Below, piece by piece: positions 53,861 to 59,894 of a stretch of 59,894 nucleotides of DNA. The first letter of the stretch is position 1; every line of letters starts with the position of its first letter. A model generated the notes under the pieces. The model searched no databases, was not told the origin of the DNA, and saw only the letters and a program-made list of their open reading frames with translations. Location of the stretch: the NCBI GenBank assembly GCA_049517335.1, contig JBEKSD010000008.1, positions 1 to 59,894 of the forward strand, read 5' to 3'. The position numbers and the translations under genes are program-made. The stretch is from Candidatus Omnitrophota bacterium. GTDB lineage: Bacteria; Omnitrophota; Gorgyraeia; Gygaellales; Profunditerraquicolaceae.

Positions 53861-56194
53861 CTATTTTTTAATTTCGCAAGGTTTGGCTTCCGGAGTAGTT
53901 TTTTTGCTCTGCCGGATGGCCAAAACTAAACCAATGCATAATAAAATCACCACGATATCCTTACCCAAACTGGGGCGGTTATACTGGACAATTATGGGAG
54001 CGATGATAACCGAGATTAAATTAACTACTTTGATCATCGGGTTTAGCGCCGGGCCCGCGGTATCTTTTAACGGGTCACCCACAGTATCCCCTACTACACT
54101 GGCCTTATGCCTTTCCGAACCCTTACCGCGATTCTCGGATATTTCTATTATTTCATCTTCAATTGTTTTCTTGGCATTATCCCAAGCCCCACCGGCATTG
54201 GACATAAACACGGCTAATAACTGGCCTGAAAGGATTATGCCGGCGAGGAATCCACCTAGTGCCTCAACCTGCAGAACTAAACCGGCAACTATAGGAGCAA
54301 CTATGCTTAAGAATGCCAGGCTGATCAACTCCTTCTGTGCTGCCGCAGTAGAAATTGCCACGCACTGCTTGTAATCAGGTTTTACTTTTCCTTCCAAGAC
54401 ACCTAAACGGAACTGACGGCGCACTTCTTCAACGATCAAAGAAGCGGCGCGGCTTACCGCCTGGATTGAAAAGGAAGAAAATAGCCAGGGGAGCGCTCCA
54501 CCGATAAGCATGCCTACAAAGACCTGCGGCACGGAAACGCGTATACCCAATGTATTCAGCTGTTCTGATAAAGGTATGCCCAAAGAACCCTGGACAGCGC
54601 TGACATCAACCATATAAGAACCGAATAGTGAAACAGCGGCAATTACCGCCGAGCCTATGGCTACGCCTTTGGTAATAGCCTTGGTGGTGTTTCCGACAGC
54701 GTCAAGGTCCGCCATAATCTGCTTGGCTGACTTTGTCTCTAGATCTGTCTGCCCGTGCCAGGCCATTTCGCCTATACCATTGGCATTGTCGGCAATAGGC
54801 CCGAATGAATCCATCGCCACGTTGTTGCCGGTAAGCGTAAGCATACCGATACCGGTCATTGCTACACCGTAAAGAATATAGGTAATTTTAGCGGCGCCGG
54901 TAACCCCGGGTACGCTTCCAAAAATCATAATTGATGCGAATATTGTTGCAGCAACTACCAGAATTGCCCAAACACTTGATTCATAACCTACAGATAACCC
55001 AGATAAAATCGTGGTTGCCGCACCGGTTGAAGTAGACTTTCTTATTTCCTGGACCGGTTTTCCGTGAGTGCCGGTAAAATATTCGGTCAAACGGTCTATG
55101 CATATAGCTAAGATTACGCCCACGGTAGTTGCCATAAACGGCCTCCACCATCCACCGGGCATATTTTTCATATAGAAGAAAGCAAGGACCCCAAAGGCTA
55201 CCACAGAAATGACTGCAGAAGTAAGGTATCCCTTAAAGATCGCTTTCATTGCGTTACCGACTTTTGAAGAAGTGCTCTTGACCGCGTAAGTACCGATTAT
55301 GGAGCAAAGAACGCCGATACCGCGCACAAGTAAAGGATAAACTATCCATTCTAGGCGATGGGTTAAATGGTATAAAGCCAGACCTAAGATCAACCCGGAA
55401 ACAATAGTAACTTCGTATGACTCAAAAATATCCGCAGCCATACCTGCGCAGTCGCCGACATTATCCCCGACTAAATCCGCGATAACAGCAGGGTTGCGCG
55501 GGTCGTCCTCGGGAATTCCCGCTTCAACTTTACCTACGAGGTCAGCTCCGACGTCAGCTGCCTTGGTGTAAATCCCGCCTCCAACACGCATAAATAATGC
55601 CAGCAGCGTCCCACCAAAACCAAATCCCAATAAAGCATCGGGCGCGGCAATGCCAAAAATTATGAATATAACTGTACCACCGAATAAACCCAGGCCATCG
55701 GTAAGCATACCGGTAATTGTCCCCGCGCGGTAAGCTATCCTTAAAGCATCTCCGAAAGAACGCCTGGCGGCAGATGCAACGCGAACGTTGGCCTGCACTG
55801 CCATGCGCATACCAAGCTGCCCGACCAACAAAGAAAATAAAGCACCCATGACAAATGCCATTGCCCGGCCAATACCGATAATTAAACGTACCGCTGATTC
55901 ACCTTGGCCGGCAAACCGCTGCATTGCTTCCTGCGACGGCGGGACGATATAAACAGAAAAGAATAAAGCAAAAGTCAGGATACCGATCAAAGGCAGGATC
56001 GTTTTTAACTGTTTCTGCAAGTATGCATCCGCGCCTTCACGTATTGCACCCCAGACTTCCAACATCTTAGGGGTCCCCTTATCTTCGCGTAAGATCTGGC
56101 GGCGAAGAAAAAGCGCATAAAGTAAACCCAAAATCGCTACACCTAAAACACTCCAAATCGCAAACTGCTCAAAAATACTAAGCCCGTAAACCAT
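53861..56194 (-). CDS. hppA: Membrane pyrophosphatase, K+-independent H+-translocating type
   Basis: GGGIYTKAADVGADLVGK, DNVGD and GDTVGDP motifs; GNTTKA (Lys marks K+-independent enzymes); start MVYGLS after SD AGGAG/AAGGA. Confidence 0.93.
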   Translation of the reverse strand: MVYGLSIFEQFAIWSVLGVAILGLLYALFLRRQILREDKGTPKMLEVWGAIREGADAYLQKQLKTILPLIGILTFALFFSVYIVPPSQEAMQRFAGQGESAVRLIIGIGRAMAFVMGALFSLLVGQLGMRMAVQANVRVASAARRSFGDALRIAYRAGTITGMLTDGLGLFGGTVIFIIFGIAAPDALLGFGFGGTLLALFMRVGGGIYTKAADVGADLVGKVEAGIPEDDPRNPAVIADLVGDNVGDCAGMAADIFESYEVTIVSGLILGLALYHLTHRLEWIVYPLLVRGIGVLCSIIGTYAVKSTSSKVGNAMKAIFKGYLTSAVISVVAFGVLAFFYMKNMPGGWWRPFMATTVGVILAICIDRLTEYFTGTHGKPVQEIRKSTSTGAATTILSGLSVGYESSVWAILVVAATIFASIMIFGSVPGVTGAAKITYILYGVAMTGIGMLTLTGNNVAMDSFGPIADNANGIGEMAWHGQTDLETKSAKQIMADLDAVGNTTKAITKGVAIGSAVIAAVSLFGSYMVDVSAVQGSLGIPLSEQLNTLGIRVSVPQVFVGMLIGGALPWLFSSFSIQAVSRAASLIVEEVRRQFRLGVLEGKVKPDYKQCVAISTAAAQKELISLAFLSIVAPIVAGLVLQVEALGGFLAGIILSGQLLAVFMSNAGGAWDNAKKTIEDEIIEISENRGKGSERHKASVVGDTVGDPLKDTAGPALNPMIKVVNLISVIIAPIIVQYNRPSLGKDIVVILLCIGLVLAIRQSKKTTPEAKPCEIKK

Positions 56195-56243
56195 TTCTTT
56201 TTTCCTTCTCCTTAAATTAGTTGGGTTAAATTTTGGAAGCGCT

Positions 56244-56292
56244 AAAAAAAATAAGGCGCACTCCACGAGACCTTCTTCAATGAAGGACGCCT
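56244..56292 (-). promoter_or_regulatory. Leader hairpin motif, copy 2 (hppA), followed by a U-tract
   Basis: AGGCGTCCTTCAT-loop-GTGGAGTGCGCCT followed by TATTTTTTTT. Confidence 0.6.
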
Positions 56293-56307
56293 CTAAAATT
56301 GTAAAAT

Positions 56308-56335
56308 ATTATAGCTGTTATTTTTTAATTGTCAA
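56308..56335 (-). promoter_or_regulatory. sigma70 promoter of hppA
   Basis: Perfect TTGACA-16-TATAAT. Confidence 0.75.
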
Positions 56336-56669
56336 GTACCTTGTGTAGTTCGAAAATAAAACGCTGCCTGTGTAAATATTAGGTACAATTGTATCTTTGG
56401 TTAAAGAGCAATTAAAGATTTTATCAGACTATTCGGAAAGCGCAAACTCCAGATTTGCTCTCTCTTAAGAACTGGTAGAACTTTATAGGGGGCAGGTTAG
56501 CTATAAATGCTTTCACGCCTAAAGTAATTCTTAAGATAATTTGTCCTTTTTGTCCGCTTTTTTAAAGCCTCAAATTACGTAACTATTTGATATACAATAA
56601 GTTACGAATAAATAGTGCCTGAGACTATGACATTAACTCGTAAGTTCATTGGTTTGCAACTTCGCGGGG

Positions 56670-56686
56670 TGCAAAAATTATGCCAA
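56670..56686 (-). promoter_or_regulatory. sigma54-like -24/-12 element
   Basis: TTGGCATAATTTTTGCA: GG-N10-GC spacing with TGGCA and TTGC. Confidence 0.4.
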
Positions 56687-56750
56687 TTCCATCTTTGCGA
56701 GAAACCGGGTATATTTTTGCAGCGGTAGGAGCTTATTCCTAGACTGGCTC

Positions 56751-58394
56751 TTAATAGTAAGAATAGTAGTTTTTACTGCTTTCCGCAGCTTTGTTTAAGA
56801 AGGTACCCAGGATCCTTACCTTATGGCCTTTGAGGTTTTTGGCTATCCGCTCCAATGCCCTCTTTGATGTCTTGCCGTTTTCCACAACTATCACCATTCC
56901 GTCAACCACGCGGGCAATCAAGCTGGCATCGGTAAGTAAAGATACCGGCGGGCTATCAAAAATAACGTAATCAAATTTTTCACATGCCTGCTGAAGGAAT
57001 TCCTTTAACTTATGCGAGGCTAACAACTCAGAAGGGTTCGGCGGCACGTTTCCGCTGCTGACTATGCTTAAATGTTCTATCATGGTATCCTGCGGGAGAT
57101 CGACAAATTCTGCCTGCCCGCAGAGAAAATTACTTAGCCCTTTATTGATTTTTTTCTGAAATATCTCATGCAGGCGCGGTTTACGCATATCCCCATCAAC
57201 CAAAAGCACAGATTTCTTGCTCTGGGCGATGGCTATCCCAAGATTACACAAAGTTATTGTCTTGCCTTCTGCCGGGCCAGGACTGGTAATTAACAGCTTT
57301 TTTACCGGATGCTCTTCGGTTGAAGAAAAGATGACATTAGTCCTAAATGTCCTATATGCTTCAGAAAAGTTAGTTTTCGGGTAGGTCTGGACAAAAATAT
57401 CCTTCTGGAGTTCAGAGAGCTTATTCTCCGCGTCAATAACGGGGATACTGCCCAAAAAGGGCCAATTAGTCAAATGCTCCAATTCCTCTACTCCCCTGAC
57501 CACATCATCAAGGTATTCCAAGAAAAAGGCTAAACCTACTCCCCCGAATGCACCTAAGATGATTGCCAGGAGAATATTAATTGATTTCTTTGGCTTTATT
57601 GGCTTAATCGGTACCTCAGCAGGCTCAATTATGCTGACGTTATTGGCTTTTAATGCCTCGAGGGTGCTGTGAGAGGTCGCTGATTTCGTAGTATTCTCGG
57701 CTCCGTAATTAGAAATATTATTTTTTTCCTGCTCCATATTTTCCACCGTGTCAGCGATCTCTTTTCTTAACCTGATCATCTCAGGGTGTTCTTCCTTGTA
57801 TATCTTTGCGTATTCTGAAAGCTTGCTCTGAAGTTTCAAGTATTCATTCTTCATCAGGTTCAAAAATTCATTCTTGCTTATATAGATAAGGTTATGGATA
57901 ACATAAGTCTCGGTTAAGCGGTTTGCGATCTTAGCCGCTAATTCAGGGTTTTTATTATCAACGTAAACGTTGATAAGGCGGGTATCGCGGTCCGGCTCCA
58001 CTTTTATGGTTTTAAGGAGGTTCTCAACCGGGTCCTTGGCTTTGGCAAACTCCTTCAGGGTCATAAGGTTTAGCTCATTAATAACCTGATGAATTATCGG
58101 ACGGGAGGTAAGAATCTGTATCTGTGTCTGAAGATAATCCTTATAGGAATAGTAATCCGAGGATTGCATTGCCACGGTTCCAGAGGTCGTAAGGACATTC
58201 GGGCTCTCCACGTCAATTAACAAAGTCACCCTTGCCTGGTATACCGGCCTCATCAGAAAACTGCCCAAGGTAACTACCAAGACCGTTGTAATAAAGAAGA
58301 TCTTGATGACATCGCGCCTGCGGCGTAAGACCTCTATATAATCTTTAATCCGCTCAAATTCCTGCCAATTTGAAAAGTCCATCATCCCCATCAT
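56751..58394 (-). CDS. Polysaccharide co-polymerase / BY-kinase (Wzc-like)
   Basis: Wzz-type N-terminus, HPE motif, P..PIKPKK-TM, Walker A GPAEGKT, DGDMRKP, FDSPP and a C-terminal Tyr cluster NYYSYY. Confidence 0.92.
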   Translation of the reverse strand: MMGMMDFSNWQEFERIKDYIEVLRRRRDVIKIFFITTVLVVTLGSFLMRPVYQARVTLLIDVESPNVLTTSGTVAMQSSDYYSYKDYLQTQIQILTSRPIIHQVINELNLMTLKEFAKAKDPVENLLKTIKVEPDRDTRLINVYVDNKNPELAAKIANRLTETYVIHNLIYISKNEFLNLMKNEYLKLQSKLSEYAKIYKEEHPEMIRLRKEIADTVENMEQEKNNISNYGAENTTKSATSHSTLEALKANNVSIIEPAEVPIKPIKPKKSINILLAIILGAFGGVGLAFFLEYLDDVVRGVEELEHLTNWPFLGSIPVIDAENKLSELQKDIFVQTYPKTNFSEAYRTFRTNVIFSSTEEHPVKKLLITSPGPAEGKTITLCNLGIAIAQSKKSVLLVDGDMRKPRLHEIFQKKINKGLSNFLCGQAEFVDLPQDTMIEHLSIVSSGNVPPNPSELLASHKLKEFLQQACEKFDYVIFDSPPVSLLTDASLIARVVDGMVIVVENGKTSKRALERIAKNLKGHKVRILGTFLNKAAESSKNYYSYY

Positions 58395-58399
58395 ACTCC

Positions 58400-58975
58400 T
58401 TAAAAGAAACTCTCAGGGACGACCACGACGTCATCAGGCTCAAGGAGAATATCTTTTTTACCTTTTGACATGATGTCGTTGGCGTTTACCTGTAAAGTTT
58501 TCTCTTTTCCGTTTTCAACACGGTTAATTTTAATCCCTTTGGGATAGGCGTCCTTGGTAAAACCCTGGGCCATGGCAATCGCCTCCAATAACGTCAAATT
58601 TTTCTCCGGAGGCATGTTAAATTTTCCCGGTCGGGTAACCTGGCCCACTACCGAAACCTGCCGGGGATGATATTCTTCTATAAAGACTAAAACCTGCGCA
58701 CTCACCAGGTAACTTTTCTCCAAAGAAACCTTTAAGGAATTTTCCAGTTCCTCAACAGTAAGCCCTCCTACTTTGACATTTCCTACCAGAGGAAAAGAAA
58801 TAAAACCATCCGAACCAACACGCGTCTTAGTAGTTAAATCAGGCTGGCCGTGGACAGTTATGTTAAGTATATCCAAAGGCTGCAGTTTATATTGAGAAGT
58901 CTGGGCAGAGAGTACGCTGGAAGATAAACTTAAGCATAAAAAAAGCGTTATTATTAAATCCCTTAAGCATTTCAT
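58400..58975 (-). CDS. Polysaccharide export protein (Wza/Poly_export + SLBB)
   Basis: YKLQPLD, DGFISFPLVG, VVGQV.RPG and LLEAIAMA.G motifs. Confidence 0.92.
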   Translation of the reverse strand: MKCLRDLIITLFLCLSLSSSVLSAQTSQYKLQPLDILNITVHGQPDLTTKTRVGSDGFISFPLVGNVKVGGLTVEELENSLKVSLEKSYLVSAQVLVFIEEYHPRQVSVVGQVTRPGKFNMPPEKNLTLLEAIAMAQGFTKDAYPKGIKINRVENGKEKTLQVNANDIMSKGKKDILLEPDDVVVVPESFF

Positions 58976-59069
58976 AGTTTTAAAAAATATCCCTAATTAT
59001 GAATAAAAGCTAAACTGCTGTTTTTTAAATTAAACGGCGGGCTTTAGCTTTTGGAGAATAATGCGTCGC

Positions 59070-59894
59070 TTAAAAACCGATTGTTCCGGAAATAGTGATG
59101 CGATTATCGGTATAGGACAAGTCCGAAAATATAGAATCCCTGCGTTCAAAATCATATCTGGCTTCCAGCGCCAGCCATTTCTTGACATCGTATTTTAATG
59201 AACATCCACCTTCGTAAATCCAATCCTTTCTCGTCGCGTAGTAGCCGTTTTCTGTAGTTTCAGTGGGATAAAGGTTCTGCTGGATTGAAGTAAAGAGGTT
59301 ACCGGTCAATTTATGCGGGAAATTATGCTTATAGTTTAAACCTAAACTGCTGGCTTGATAGTAGTTCATATTATTATAGTCAGACTCGTAATTAGTCCTT
59401 TCCAGATTGAGGCTTAAGGTATCATTCTGCGTAGCAAAATAATCAATCCCGCCCCTGGCCACAAAATTACAATAACCCTCGTTATCTATTAAAGTAGAAA
59501 AGTCATACTGCTGATATTTGACGCCGACCTTTAAATTAACCGCTATTTTACTGCTCGGTTGGCCTTTTACCCCTACTAGAGATTCAAGATAATAGGAATT
59601 CGGAGGGGTATCATTTCTGTAATAGTTGATAAAACCGTAATCATTCTCCCAGATTAGATATGTCTTAGTGGATATCCTGTAGTTTGCAGCTAGGTAAAAG
59701 GTATTCTCTATATAACTCCTATCCCTATAAGTAAGTGGACCGTAAATGAGTTCATTACTCAGAAAATCTTCGAGGTCATTCCTGTAACCAAAGCTAAAGA
59801 AGAAGCGGTTAAAGTCCTTTGTATTCATGTCCATGCTGAAGATATTGGTTTGGCGGTGAGTGAAATTTATGTCTTCTGTGCCGGTGCGGTCCCG
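59070..59894 (-). CDS. Outer-membrane beta-barrel protein of the EPS cluster (partial, runs off the right edge)
   Basis: Frame is open to the window end; Tyr-rich alternating beta-strands; terminal Phe (ITISGTIGF). Confidence 0.8.
   Translation of the reverse strand, partial: RDRTGTEDINFTHRQTNIFSMDMNTKDFNRFFFSFGYRNDLEDFLSNELIYGPLTYRDRSYIENTFYLAANYRISTKTYLIWENDYGFINYYRNDTPPNSYYLESLVGVKGQPSSKIAVNLKVGVKYQQYDFSTLIDNEGYCNFVARGGIDYFATQNDTLSLNLERTNYESDYNNMNYYQASSLGLNYKHNFPHKLTGNLFTSIQQNLYPTETTENGYYATRKDWIYEGGCSLKYDVKKWLALEARYDFERRDSIFSDLSYTDNRITISGTIGF

Noticed and set aside
49408-56194. Na+-based bioenergetics (Na+ ATPase, Na+-PPase)
   Set aside because: Subunit c lacks the Na+ ligands, and the PPase has GNTTKA, typical of K+-independent H+ pumps.
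56195-56266. GTG-initiated N-terminal extension of HppA
   Set aside because: The GTG lies within the leader hairpin with no SD; ATG 56194 follows a purine-rich SD.
56244-56292. Fluoride riboswitch upstream of hppA
   Set aside because: GUGGAGUGCGCC loosely resembles GAUGGAGUUCGCC, but the 5' GGCGAU pairing and the downstream GCUGAUGAC pseudoknot segment are missing on the sense strand.
56425-56500. c-di-GMP-I riboswitch-like GGAAAG/CGCAAA words and a 30-codon minus-strand ORF
   Set aside because: The P1/P2 pairing and GGCAAAC element are absent and the words are on the antisense strand; the ORF has no RBS or recognisable features.
59033-59042. ops/JUMPstart element in the EPS cluster
   Set aside because: GGCGG is on the wrong strand and does not continue as GGCGGTAG.

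Overview
A gene-dense bacterial core-genome segment with almost all genes on the minus strand; only a gnnA-like oxidoreductase and lpxB are on plus. LPS genes, a regulatory-type PTS and the gene order suggest a diderm, possibly Ca. Omnitrophota/PVC (inference only). From the right end, the minus-strand blocks are: an exopolysaccharide export trio (OM beta-barrel, Wza, Wzc); a bioenergetic cluster (K+-independent H+-PPase, ExbB/ExbD, KimA-like permease, F1Fo operon, FMN glutamate-synthase-family protein); a helical protein plus HD-GYP pair; pyrG-carA-carB(N-half)-beta-CASP nuclease; a lone divergent L27 with an M48 peptidase; msbA; rpsB-tsf-pyrH-frr plus three tRNAs; ptsN-yvcK-ptsH-ptsI-NTP transferase-metK-ahcY-pfkA-fba-ilvDBNC-leuA-aroE-pilD-malQ; and small housekeeping/redox genes. 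I saw no CRISPR array, prophage or transposase. The best candidates for novelty are non-coding: (1) a shared hairpin motif (AGGCGUCCUUYAUYGAA...GGAG..CGCCUU) in the 5' leaders of both the ATP synthase operon and hppA; (2) a leaderless uORF plus terminator attenuator in front of pyrG-carAB; (3) a multi-branched structured element between metK and ahcY. All calls were made by eye, without database searches.
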